Positions 24,608-34,017 of a stretch of 50,044 nucleotides of DNA are shown here, one piece after another. The DNA comes from an uncultured Christensenellaceae bacterium. Its GTDB lineage: Bacteria > Bacillota > Clostridia > Christensenellales > UBA3700. Below the pieces are notes generated by a model. That model saw only the letters and a program-made list of their open reading frames with translations. It was not told the DNA's origin and did not search any database. The stretch lies in contig CALWKU010000010.1 of the NCBI GenBank assembly GCA_944381345.1, positions 1-50,044 on the forward strand, read 5' to 3'. How positions within the stretch are numbered: the first letter of the stretch is position 1; every line of letters begins with the position of its first letter. The position numbers and the translations under genes were made by a program.

Positions 24608-27600
24608 TATTTGTACACTCTCGTGACCTCGATCACACCCTTTCCCGGCATCGGACGGAACTCGGTGCAATTGAGATAGGACAGCCCGTCCGAGCGGATG
24701 TGATCGCCGTCGCCCTTTTCGTATTTTATCCTGTATTCCGTCCCCTCGAATCGCAGCGTGACTTTCAGCTTTTCGGGATCGAAAGCCGCGGGGCGTCCGA
24801 TGCGGATCAGCCCTTTGCGCATCTCTATCCCGACCGCCCTTTCCGTCACCGCGGTACGAAACCAGCCCGCGCTGCCGGTGTACCAAGTCCAGCCGCTTTC
24901 GCCGCGCTTGTCCTCGGCGGAATATACGTCCGCGGGCAGCGCGTACGGCTCGCCGAGACGCATATCTCCGAACCTTGCGGCAGCGGTGGACGGACACAGA
25001 TCATACATAGCCCTTGTCGCTTCGTCCGTCCTGCCCGCGTCAAACAGCGCGAGCATATACCATATCGCCGCATGGGTGTACTGTCCTCCGTTTTCACGCA
25101 CGCCGGGCGGATATGCCGAAATATAACCGGCATAGTTGCGTTTATCGAACGGCGGGTCGAACAGCTTTACTGCGCCTATCCCGCCGTCGTACAGCTTTGA
25201 CGCGCTGTCCAACGCGCGCATACGCGTTTTTTCGTCGCCTATCTTTGAAAGCTGCGCCCACGCCTGGCAGATGAGATCGAGCGTACAGACTTTCCCGTCT
25301 CTTCCGAGCCACACGCCGTCGTCGGTGAACGCCCGCGCGAATTTTTTGCCGTCGAACGTATTCTCCGCCGCCATTGCCAACATTTGCGCGATATGCAGAT
25401 ATCGCTGACCCTTTTCGTAACCTACTGCCGCCGCCCAATCGCGCAGCGTTCTGACCGCGAACATCGTGAGCCATACGCTCTCGCCTCTTCCTTGCGAACC
25501 TATGTCGTTCAGCGCGTCGTTCCAATCCCCGCCGCCTATCTTCAACAAGCCGTGATCGCCGACTTGAAGCGCGTTTTCTATCGCTTTATCGCAATGTTCT
25601 TCCACCGTGCCGGACCCGGCGATCTCCGGCGTCTCGTATCTCGCCTCGGCTATTCCGTCGAGCGGCGGCGATTTCAGGAAGCCGGCTTTCTCTCCGAGCA
25701 GCCCCTTGTCTCCCGTGACCGCGACGTAACGCGCCGCAAACCACGGCAAAAACAGTTTGTCGTCCGATATCTTCGTCCGCACTCCCGTGCGCGGCGGATG
25801 CCACCAATGCATCACGTCGCCTTCGAGGTATTGATGCGCACAGACGTCGAGGAAGATGTCCTTCGCCCTCTTGCCGTCGAAAGGAATGATCGCGGCGGCG
25901 TCCTGCAATATATCGCGCGCGCCTATCGCTCCGCCCGCCTGATAATATCCGCATCTGCCGAAAATGCGCGACGAATATATCTGTACGCTCAGCCATCGGT
26001 TGAAGAAACAGTCGAACAACGGGTCGCCGCTCTCTATCTTGACGGGATCGAGCGCGGAAAAACGCCTCTTGGTGTCCTCGACCCCCGCGACAACGTCGGC
26101 GAGAGTCAACGCGCCCAACGCGTCCTTGTCGCGCGAAAGCACGATCGCAAACACACTTCTGCGCGAGCGCTCGGTCTCTATCTCGAAAGAAAGCGCGGGA
26201 TAGGGAGATCTCGCACCCGCGCGAACCCCGCGCGACAATGCGGAGACTACGGGAGCGGCGTCCTCCGAAGGTATAGCGCGCGCGCCCAAACACCTCGCAA
26301 AAACCTCTTCGCCCGTCGAGCAATTGAATGCGCGCAGCATATCGTCTGCGACTCGTTCGCATGCGCAAAACGCGCATCCGTCCGACGCTGCGAGCGAAGG
26401 GCGCAAGACCCAATACGCACGCTTTACGCACTCGTTGTCCGACAGCGTGCGAACTATCGTAGCCGAAAAATCGCCGCCGCCCCACACGCTCGTCTCCGCG
26501 TCCCAATTTATCTCCGACACCCTCGACGAAAACGTCGTAGAGCCGGGCATATGACGGACAAATCCGCCCTCTGTCAGACGATTGACGCGCACATATCCGC
26601 CGCCGGACGCCGCAAACAGCTCCTCGCAAGGCTTGTCGTCGGCAAAGTCGTTGCGCCACGCGGCAAGTTTTCCGAAATAGGCGCTTCCCGCCCAACGGAA
26701 TCCTCCGCCGTTCTCCGTCACGACTATTCCGCCCCTCTCGAGGTTTATCACGTTGGAATAGGGCTTTGTCGGGCGGCGCGTCACGACATACGCGCCGTCT
26801 TTGTCAAACCCTCCGCATCCGCATTCGAGCAGCTGCGGCAGCACGCGCTCCTCGGTCTCCGACTCCTTTAGCGCGCTCATTGCGGAAACAAACGTCACAC
26901 CTGCGGGCTGTTTGCCGTCTATGAACGCGCCCGCGAGCAGTCCGCGTTCCGTCTCTTTGTCCGCCGCGACGTCTATAAGACGGACGAACGACAGCCGTTC
27001 GAGATCGGAGATGCCGCTTTCTTCGATCAAATTGCGTCTTACCGTCGCGTCGTAAACGTCCTTCTCTTTGTACATCACGACGAGCAAAAAATCAATCCCA
27101 GCAAGCGCGCACGCGGTACACGCCTTGACCTTTGCGGCAAAATCGGAGCAGTCGCCGTATTTCAGCACCACCGTCTTTTTGTCCTCTTCCGTCTTTGCCG
27201 CGCCGCCCCTCTCGACCGAGCGCGCGCGTACCGCGTCCGCGGACAACGGCAGCCACAGCAAGCGCGCCGCATAGTCCGAAAATATCTTAGCGCCCTTTTC
27301 TCCGTCGATATATTTGGCAAGTACCCCTCCGTCCGACGCAGACGAAGCGGCGATGCGGACAAAGTCCTCTCGCGCAAGCGCGTTCAGCCTCGGCGATAGC
27401 TCTTCTTCCGTCCGCGCGCAAATCGTGATCACCGTAACTTCGCCGCTCTCGCCCGGCGCGACGGTCAGCTTGCCCGAAAAGCCGAGACACGGCGACATCA
27501 CATAGCCCGTCCTGTTGCGCGGCGAATACAGTCCCTCGCTCAGCCGGCGAAAATGCGCGGCGTCGCAGTCGGGCGTTATCTCTTTCAATCCGCCCAAGGA

Positions 27601-30600
27601 CAGCGCCGCGATCATTCCTCCCGTCCGCTCGCGGCTCACTCGCTCCGCAGTCAAAAGCGATCTTCGCGCGTCGTATGCGGTGTTGATGAACATATCGTCA
27701 AAACAGGGATGGGCAAAGTGATCGGCGCGCCGCGACAACGCTATACGACAATAGTAAACGAACGTGTACTCCCGCGCGGAGTCGCCGTCGTTAAAGACGC
27801 GGTACGTCCTTACCTCGCCGCCCATACCTCTCGGCACGGCTATGTCGAGCGTGCAGTTCCCGCACGAAAAATGCGCGCCCTCGCTCGAAAACACCGCCTT
27901 TGCGTCCGTCCCTTTCCTCAGCGGCGCATAGGTAGGCGACGACGCTTCGTCTTTGTACATAAATATACCGAACGCGCCCTCATCCTCCGCCGCATCGCCG
28001 CGGAATACGTTTACGTCGGCGTCGCAAAAGCGGGAGTAGCCGCACCCTCTGCCGTCCGCGACGACGCAATACTCGCCTCCGCTCGCCGCCCATACGTCGG
28101 ACAGTTCGGCGGGCGAAGTCTCGTACTCGAACCTTGCCGCGCCTCGGCAGGATACGAACGGCTGACCTATACGTCCGACCGCCCTGTTCTCGCTGCGCGG
28201 TTCGGACATCAAAAGCCTTATCGCTGGAGCGAGATCGGACGAAGCGAACAGCTCTTCGATCGCCCCCGGCGCCGACAGTTCCGCCATCGCCGCGAGGATC
28301 ATCCCCTGGTGGTGCGTCATATGCGAATATACCGTGTTTTCTCCGCAGGAAAAGTCGATCGCCTCATAAAACCCCAACCGCCCGAAGTATCCGCTCTCTC
28401 TCAGAGCGGCGAGATTTTTGAGCGCGGCGTGCGGTCCGACGGGCGCGGCAAGCGCGCTCGCGTACGGCGCGATCACTTTGTACTTACACTCGCCCGACAG
28501 CGCGAGCAGATCTATGCCGTGCGCGCGGTATTGATAGTTGCCCTTCTTGTCGAAGGCATGGTATCCGCTCTCGCTTATGCCCCAAAAGCCTCTGCATCCG
28601 CGCAGTCTCATCTTGAAAACCGCGCGGCGCACCGACCGCTCGAGTTCTCCTCCGGGCGGCGACTTTACGAACAGCTCCGGCATCAGATACTCGAACGCCG
28701 GCCCCGACCACGACGCAAGTACGGGCAGCGCCGCGCCGAGTCTGCTTGTACCGAGCCCCGACCACTGTTCGGACGAGCCGGACGCAGCGCACCCTATCGC
28801 TACGGCAAGTCTCGCCTCGGAAGCGAGCAGGTCGTACACTCCGTCGTATTCGCCTCTCTTGGCGTCGTATCCCCGCGCGAACAGCCCCCTTTCTCTGTCA
28901 AAGAATGCGGAAAAGTCGGCGCTTGCCATCATTTCGGACGCAACAGACGCTCCGTCGCCGCGCGCTGCGGCGCGGCACGCTCCGCACGCTACCGAAAGAC
29001 AGGCGAAAAAATTGCCGCTGTCCACAAAGGAGACGTATTCGGGCGGCACGACGTTGCCGTCGAGATCGTACCAATTGTAAAGGTGTCCGCGCCACTTAGG
29101 CAGCTTTTCAAGAGCTTTGAGCTTTTCGCATACTTTTGCAGCCGCCGCCTCGTCCGAGATCAGACCGCATTTTGCAGCGCATATATCCGCGATCAGCCAA
29201 AAGCCGAGATCGGTCGGCGAAACGGTCGCGCTGCGTCCGATCGGAGGATAGATCTGCACGTTGTCGCACGGCAGTCCGTCGCCGAGCGAATCGAAATAGG
29301 CATACGTCCGCGCGGCGTATTCTTTGACTTGCTCTCTCTCCTGTGCGGTCGGCACGCGCGTCTGCGCGGCAGGGACAAACGCGAGCGAAAACCGCGCCGC
29401 GGCTGCGGCGAGATATGCCGCCGCCCACATCGCAAACGCAAAATTGTCCCAAAACATTGCCGCAAACGCCGTCAAGAGCGCGGCGCCGGGCAACACCGTC
29501 GCCGCATGACCCGCCGCATTCTCTTTGTCCGACGACGCGAATGTCCTCCACTCCGTCAGTTTTTCGGGCGAAAACAGGGCAAAAACCGCACATTTGAGCG
29601 CGAGCAGCGCGGAGTTGGCAGCTCGCATCGGAAGCAGAGCAAAGTCGGCTATCGCATTGACGAGCGTCTTTGCCGCTCCGACGAGCACGCAGACCGCGCG
29701 CCGTCCCTTGGCGCGTATCGCGTTCTTTGCGACGCAGGCGAGAGGGACGGCAAAACACGCAAAGGCAGCCGCCGCTCCCAAAGTCGCTCCGCCCGTAGCG
29801 AAGAACAGCGCGGTCAGCGCAAACGCCGCAATCGGCGAAAACACGGCGACGGCGTTGGAGAGGATGATATAGACGTATGCGGCGTTGTCTTTAGCCTTGT
29901 CCAACACGCCGAGCAATATCAGATCGCCCCTCTGCCACCTGCTCGATCTCGCAAAGTCTGCGGTAGGTCCCTGAGGCGGCAGCTCCGATACGAGTACGTC
30001 CGCCGCACCCACGTTCATCACCGCGCCCTCGGCGATGTCGTGACTGAGCAATCTTCTCCCTTCCAGCTTTGCGGTCTTGCGCGCAAACGCTTCGAGCCGA
30101 TATATACCTTTGCCGCAAAACACCGCCGTACCGCAAAGGTCGAACATCAGATCGGAGTGGCGCGCATAGCCGACATATCCTCCCGACCGCGCGAGCGCAT
30201 AGCGCGACTTTGCTCTTCCTCCGTCCGCATACGCGCCGAACGCGAGCATATCGTACTTCTTAGCCAAGGGATGACGTATCGAGTCGATCGCCCGAGCTAT
30301 CGCGCCGGGCGCAAGCAGAGCGTCCTCGTCGACGACGACAACATATTCTATCTTGCCGTCGCACGGCGGCGTAATGCGGAATTTTTCGCCGTTTCCGCTC
30401 AGCCTCAGCTCGTTATAGTCGGCGATCGCCCCGCGCTTGCGGTCGCGGGCGCGCCATTTCCCTCCTTTTTTGACCCTCTTTCTGACCATGACTTTAAGCC
30501 CTCTCTCTCCGCATTCGGCAAGCGCGGCGAGCAAAGGCGCATCCTCTTCCGCCTCCTCCGTTTGGGCAGGCGGCAGATCGCAAAGCAAAAGATATGAGAC

Positions 30601-31965
30601 TATATCCCGGTCGTTGCACGCCCTTATCGCGGCAAGTCTGTCCGCCGCCCCGCGCACGCCCTCGACACTCGACGCATACACGGGCATCACAACCTCGGTG
30701 CGGCATGTTTCTCCTCTCGGTTTGCCGACAAGGCGGGGGCAGGGACGCCTGACAAGCGCGCTTTCCGCGATCGAAGCCGCCGCAAATTCGCATACCGGAA
30801 AAAAGGCGAAAAAGCCGCTCGCCGCGCATATGACCGCAGCGGCGCCCCCTCCGGCAAACACCGCCGAAAGCGCTGCGAGGAGCGCAGCGGTCAAAAACAC
30901 GCAGACAGCATACGCACGCGCGGGCAAGACTTTGCGTCGAGGACGTCTCCCTCTCAGCTTGGCGGCTATCAGTCTCGGCGAATCGAACAGATATACGCCG
31001 AAATGCTCCCCTCTCTCCGCGCCCAGCGCGACGGCAGCCTCGGCAAGAGTGCGCTCCGAAACCCCGTATCTCGCCGCGAGTTTGGCGATACGCGCGTGAT
31101 AGGCATGCTTGGAGGCGACGTCTGTGGCGGCAAAATCGGCGTCGCTCTCCGCGATCGCCGCTCCCGGAAAAAGCGACGCGAGAAAGCGGTCGTCCAACGT
31201 TTCGCCAAGTCCGTTCAAGAGAGCGAATATCCTGTCGGATCTTTGGGTCAACTCCGTCGTCAACGCAATGAACGCAGCGTCTGCGCCGTCGTCGGCAAAT
31301 CTCGGATCGACGCGTTTGCCCGCACGCGCGAAGTAATGGAGATAACCCGTCTTTTTGACTCGTCTGCGATCGACGGACGCGTCGGCAAACGCCGCTTCTC
31401 TCGAATCTCCGATCTCCGTCAGTTTGCGTGCGGTGCGCCGCCACAGCGAAGTCGCCGCCGCGGTAAACGCGAGAGGGAGCGCGCATACTTCCGCATGGTT
31501 GAGCGGCGTATATCGGACAAACGCAGTCAAAGCTCCGCGCAGTTTTTCGCGGTCGGAACATAGCGACGGCGACGCGCATACTGCTTTTGCGAGCGCAAGC
31601 ACGCGAGCGTCCGCTCCCGAATGCGGCAGCGCAGCCAACGCGCCGTAACCGCCGGGAGGCAGCATCGCGGCGATAGCATGGTATTTTTCCGCAAAATTAC
31701 TCTCGCACCGCTCGAGTTCGACGCCGTCCCTGTCTGCGGCAACTATGCGCCGGTATGCTTTCGCGGCAAAAAAAGCGTCGCCTGCCCGAGAAGGAGCCCG
31801 TCCTACCGGCTTTACGTCGTGCAGCGCAAGCGCGAGACTTTTGAGCGCGGCGGGCGTCAACTCCCCCGTTTCCGGCGTCTTTGCGCGCGACGGAGTCGTA
31901 AGCACCAACGCCGCCGCGGCGACAAATATCAATACAAGCAAAGCAATGACCGCATAGATCAACAT
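24607..31965 (-). CDS. cyclic beta-1,2-glucan synthase-like giant: membrane GT84-type glycosyltransferase, (alpha/alpha)6 middle domain and GH94 phosphorylase-type C-terminal domain
   Basis: The product is 2452 aa with N-terminal and internal TM segments. GT motifs are VVVVDEDALL (DxD), LLSHDIAEG and RWQRGDL. The middle region contains GISESGY. The C-terminal domain has the GH94-type motifs GGGDWNDALN and GGQYTHAAIW. The start is at ATG 31965, preceded by the SD GGAGGA. Confidence 0.85.
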   Translation of the reverse strand: MLIYAVIALLVLIFVAAAALVLTTPSRAKTPETGELTPAALKSLALALHDVKPVGRAPSRAGDAFFAAKAYRRIVAADRDGVELERCESNFAEKYHAIAAMLPPGGYGALAALPHSGADARVLALAKAVCASPSLCSDREKLRGALTAFVRYTPLNHAEVCALPLAFTAAATSLWRRTARKLTEIGDSREAAFADASVDRRRVKKTGYLHYFARAGKRVDPRFADDGADAAFIALTTELTQRSDRIFALLNGLGETLDDRFLASLFPGAAIAESDADFAATDVASKHAYHARIAKLAARYGVSERTLAEAAVALGAERGEHFGVYLFDSPRLIAAKLRGRRPRRKVLPARAYAVCVFLTAALLAALSAVFAGGGAAAVICAASGFFAFFPVCEFAAASIAESALVRRPCPRLVGKPRGETCRTEVVMPVYASSVEGVRGAADRLAAIRACNDRDIVSYLLLCDLPPAQTEEAEEDAPLLAALAECGERGLKVMVRKRVKKGGKWRARDRKRGAIADYNELRLSGNGEKFRITPPCDGKIEYVVVVDEDALLAPGAIARAIDSIRHPLAKKYDMLAFGAYADGGRAKSRYALARSGGYVGYARHSDLMFDLCGTAVFCGKGIYRLEAFARKTAKLEGRRLLSHDIAEGAVMNVGAADVLVSELPPQGPTADFARSSRWQRGDLILLGVLDKAKDNAAYVYIILSNAVAVFSPIAAFALTALFFATGGATLGAAAAFACFAVPLACVAKNAIRAKGRRAVCVLVGAAKTLVNAIADFALLPMRAANSALLALKCAVFALFSPEKLTEWRTFASSDKENAAGHAATVLPGAALLTAFAAMFWDNFAFAMWAAAYLAAAAARFSLAFVPAAQTRVPTAQEREQVKEYAARTYAYFDSLGDGLPCDNVQIYPPIGRSATVSPTDLGFWLIADICAAKCGLISDEAAAAKVCEKLKALEKLPKWRGHLYNWYDLDGNVVPPEYVSFVDSGNFFACLSVACGACRAAARGDGASVASEMMASADFSAFFDRERGLFARGYDAKRGEYDGVYDLLASEARLAVAIGCAASGSSEQWSGLGTSRLGAALPVLASWSGPAFEYLMPELFVKSPPGGELERSVRRAVFKMRLRGCRGFWGISESGYHAFDKKGNYQYRAHGIDLLALSGECKYKVIAPYASALAAPVGPHAALKNLAALRESGYFGRLGFYEAIDFSCGENTVYSHMTHHQGMILAAMAELSAPGAIEELFASSDLAPAIRLLMSEPRSENRAVGRIGQPFVSCRGAARFEYETSPAELSDVWAASGGEYCVVADGRGCGYSRFCDADVNVFRGDAAEDEGAFGIFMYKDEASSPTYAPLRKGTDAKAVFSSEGAHFSCGNCTLDIAVPRGMGGEVRTYRVFNDGDSAREYTFVYYCRIALSRRADHFAHPCFDDMFINTAYDARRSLLTAERVSRERTGGMIAALSLGGLKEITPDCDAAHFRRLSEGLYSPRNRTGYVMSPCLGFSGKLTVAPGESGEVTVITICARTEEELSPRLNALAREDFVRIAASSASDGGVLAKYIDGEKGAKIFSDYAARLLWLPLSADAVRARSVERGGAAKTEEDKKTVVLKYGDCSDFAAKVKACTACALAGIDFLLVVMYKEKDVYDATVRRNLIEESGISDLERLSFVRLIDVAADKETERGLLAGAFIDGKQPAGVTFVSAMSALKESETEERVLPQLLECGCGGFDKDGAYVVTRRPTKPYSNVINLERGGIVVTENGGGFRWAGSAYFGKLAAWRNDFADDKPCEELFAASGGGYVRVNRLTEGGFVRHMPGSTTFSSRVSEINWDAETSVWGGGDFSATIVRTLSDNECVKRAYWVLRPSLAASDGCAFCACERVADDMLRAFNCSTGEEVFARCLGARAIPSEDAAPVVSALSRGVRAGARSPYPALSFEIETERSRRSVFAIVLSRDKDALGALTLADVVAGVEDTKRRFSALDPVKIESGDPLFDCFFNRWLSVQIYSSRIFGRCGYYQAGGAIGARDILQDAAAIIPFDGKRAKDIFLDVCAHQYLEGDVMHWWHPPRTGVRTKISDDKLFLPWFAARYVAVTGDKGLLGEKAGFLKSPPLDGIAEARYETPEIAGSGTVEEHCDKAIENALQVGDHGLLKIGGGDWNDALNDIGSQGRGESVWLTMFAVRTLRDWAAAVGYEKGQRYLHIAQMLAMAAENTFDGKKFARAFTDDGVWLGRDGKVCTLDLICQAWAQLSKIGDEKTRMRALDSASKLYDGGIGAVKLFDPPFDKRNYAGYISAYPPGVRENGGQYTHAAIWYMLALFDAGRTDEATRAMYDLCPSTAAARFGDMRLGEPYALPADVYSAEDKRGESGWTWYTGSAGWFRTAVTERAVGIEMRKGLIRIGRPAAFDPEKLKVTLRFEGTEYRIKYEKGDGDHIRSDGLSYLNCTEFRPMPGKGVIEVTRVYK

Positions 31966-32010
31966 AATTCCTCCGCGCTTTCGCGCACGGTGATTATTGC
32001 CTTTTAAGGC

Positions 32011-32037
32011 AAAAAAATGCCGCGCACCCGGCGCGGC
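32011..32037 (-). terminator. rho-independent terminator between the GH16 gene and the glucan-synthase-like gene
   Basis: The minus strand reads GCCGCGC-CGGGT-GCGCGGC followed by ATTTTTTT, about 20 nt after the GH16 stop. Confidence 0.7.
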
Positions 32038-32058
32038 AAAAACCATGAAGTCCGTCGT

Positions 32059-33270
32059 TCAGTTTTGCGGTGAATACTCTCCTTCGCCGCTGTCGTCCTT
32101 TATGTCGTCAAGCCAATCAAGTTTTTGGTAGACGCGGACATAGTCAATCTCCGTTATGCCCGCTCCTCCGTCGTGATCGAACGCGCCGATCTTCTGTCCG
32201 TGCGGCCCCCACTCGTCGCCTGCGTCTATCTCGCAGGTAAAACGCAAAAACTCGCGCACCTTGGCGACGTCGCCGTCGTCGGTCGCCCAATAGGGCTTGC
32301 CGTCCACATAAAAGACGTAATACTCGGGCGTCCACAGCAGCGCGAACGTGTGGAAATTGCCGTCATACAAGTCGTTGTCCCCCAGGTCGAACACTCGCGC
32401 CGAGGACTGAGCGCCGTCGGCGTAGCCGTCCCAAAGCAATGCGTGTCCCATGCGGCGGACGTCGTCGTTGCCGCTGAGAAACGCGGATTCGTAGACGTCA
32501 ATCTCCGTGCCGTCCGCGCCGCTGCCGTCCACCATGCGCTGATAGGACGATTGCAGCCAAAACGCCGACCACATCCCCGTCTTGCGCGGCAGGCGTATCC
32601 TCGTCTCAAAGTAGCCGAACGCCTGGCGGAAAAGGTACTCATCCTGTCTGTAATCTGTCTGCGGGCGATCGTTTGACTCGTTGTAGAGGACGTTGCCTTC
32701 GTCGTCGGTCAAAGGAGTCTCGATACGCGTCTCAAAGCCGCCGGTATATCTGCCCGCCCCGCTTCCGCCGAAAAATTCGGCGTTTGCATTGCACTCCTCG
32801 CAATCGTGATCGGCGATGTATTCGGAGCGTATCACCGCATAGCCGTCGCCGCTCACCGACACCATCTCGGGACACCAATAGCAGGCGTATTCGGGATGTT
32901 TGCCGTCCTGCGACGCCCAGCGCACACCGTGCACCGACGCCGTCCAGATGTCCGGATCAAGTCCCATATTGTCCGCGTAGTCGGCGTTGTAGTCAAAGTT
33001 GTCTATCAGCGTGGGATACCATCCGTCCTCGGTCGGAGTTATGCCGTCCTCTTCGAGTCTTTTCAAAACAAGATCTTCGTCGGCGTCGACGTCCTCGTCG
33101 TATCCGAAAAAGTATTTGTCCGCGGAAAGCCCCGAAAGATCGGGCAAAGTCACGTCAAAGCCGTTGAGTATCGGCTCTTTTTCGACGCTGTTGTTTTGGC
33201 ATGCCGCCGCCGTGAATACGCACGCGATACAGAGCGAGAGACACAGCGCGATGCGAAGTACGTTTTTCAT
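32059..33270 (-). CDS. secreted lipoprotein, glycoside hydrolase family 16 (beta-glucanase/laminarinase-like)
   Basis: Has a lipoprotein signal peptide with a lipobox (CVFTAAAC). The GH16 catalytic motif ExDxxE is present as EIDVYE, and GMWSAFWL lies upstream of it. The start is at ATG 33270 (MKNVL), preceded by the SD GGAGAA. Confidence 0.85.
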   Translation of the reverse strand: MKNVLRIALCLSLCIACVFTAAACQNNSVEKEPILNGFDVTLPDLSGLSADKYFFGYDEDVDADEDLVLKRLEEDGITPTEDGWYPTLIDNFDYNADYADNMGLDPDIWTASVHGVRWASQDGKHPEYACYWCPEMVSVSGDGYAVIRSEYIADHDCEECNANAEFFGGSGAGRYTGGFETRIETPLTDDEGNVLYNESNDRPQTDYRQDEYLFRQAFGYFETRIRLPRKTGMWSAFWLQSSYQRMVDGSGADGTEIDVYESAFLSGNDDVRRMGHALLWDGYADGAQSSARVFDLGDNDLYDGNFHTFALLWTPEYYVFYVDGKPYWATDDGDVAKVREFLRFTCEIDAGDEWGPHGQKIGAFDHDGGAGITEIDYVRVYQKLDWLDDIKDDSGEGEYSPQN

Positions 33271-33282
33271 GATTTTCTCCAA

Positions 33283-34017
33283 TTAAAGCCCTCGCGGGCG
33301 TGAATACAGCGATTTGACGTATGCGATCTCGCGGTCGTTGAGATAGCGGTACGCGCCGCGCGACAATCCTCCGAGACGAATTGCGCCCACGGCGACGCGT
33401 TTGAGGAAGGTGACCTCCTCTCCGACTGCGGCGAACATACGGCGCACCTGCCTGTTGCGTCCCTCGGAGATGGTCATCTGCAGCTTGCTGACGCCGTCCT
33501 TAAATTCGATAAGTTTGACCTTGCTCCGCCCCGTCTTTACGCCGTCGTCCAACACCACGCCCTTGCGAAGTTGGGCTAGCTTGTGTTCGGGCACCTCTCT
33601 TTCGACGTGGACGAGATAGGTCTTTTCCACCTCGCGGCCGGGGTGAGTGAGCGCGTTGACCGCATCGCCGTCGTTGGTCAAAAGCAGCAGTCCTTCGGTG
33701 TCGTAATCCAGCCGTCCGACGGGAACGAGATGCGGGATTCTGAGATCTTTGAGATAGTCGTAAACAGTCTTTCTGCCCTTTTCGTCGCTGCGCGTTGTCA
33801 CGCAGCCCTTGGGCTTGTACAGCATGACGTATTTGAACTCGGACACCGGACGGACGATGTTGCCGTCCACCGAGACGACGTCGCCGTCCCCGACGCAAGT
33901 GCCGAGGGCGGTGACGAGCTTGTTGTTGATCCTGACTCTGCCGTCCGCAATCAGCAGATCGGCGCCTCTTCTCGACGCGACGCCGCAGGCAGCGAGATAC
34001 TTGTTGAGTCTTTCCAC
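33283..34017 (-). CDS. rluB: pseudouridine synthase, RsuA/RluB family
   Basis: Has an S4 domain (LNKYLAACGVASRRGADLLIADGRVRIN) and the catalytic motif GRLDYDTEGLLLLTNDG. A GTG start at 34017 with the SD GGAGGA is proposed. The ORF-track start at 34200 lies deep inside dacB. Confidence 0.85.
   Translation of the reverse strand: MERLNKYLAACGVASRRGADLLIADGRVRINNKLVTALGTCVGDGDVVSVDGNIVRPVSEFKYVMLYKPKGCVTTRSDEKGRKTVYDYLKDLRIPHLVPVGRLDYDTEGLLLLTNDGDAVNALTHPGREVEKTYLVHVEREVPEHKLAQLRKGVVLDDGVKTGRSKVKLIEFKDGVSKLQMTISEGRNRQVRRMFAAVGEEVTFLKRVAVGAIRLGGLSRGAYRYLNDREIAYVKSLYSRPRGL

Noticed and set aside
27553-30597. A 1014-aa plus-strand ORF, together with other very long antisense ORFs (for example 25384-26871, 13752-15188, 16024-17490, 6411-7460, 8331-9452, 39449-40933, 46392-47630).
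   Set aside because: They lie antisense to genes with unmistakable family motifs. They are Arg/Ala/Gly-rich with no recognisable domains or SD. They are typical shadow ORFs produced by GC-rich codon bias.
33951-34017. The 67-nt overlap between the dacB 3' end and the proposed rluB GTG start, as a possible frameshift or fusion.
   Set aside because: Both frames are intact and each protein has complete family motifs. The overlap probably just reflects uncertainty in the rluB start.
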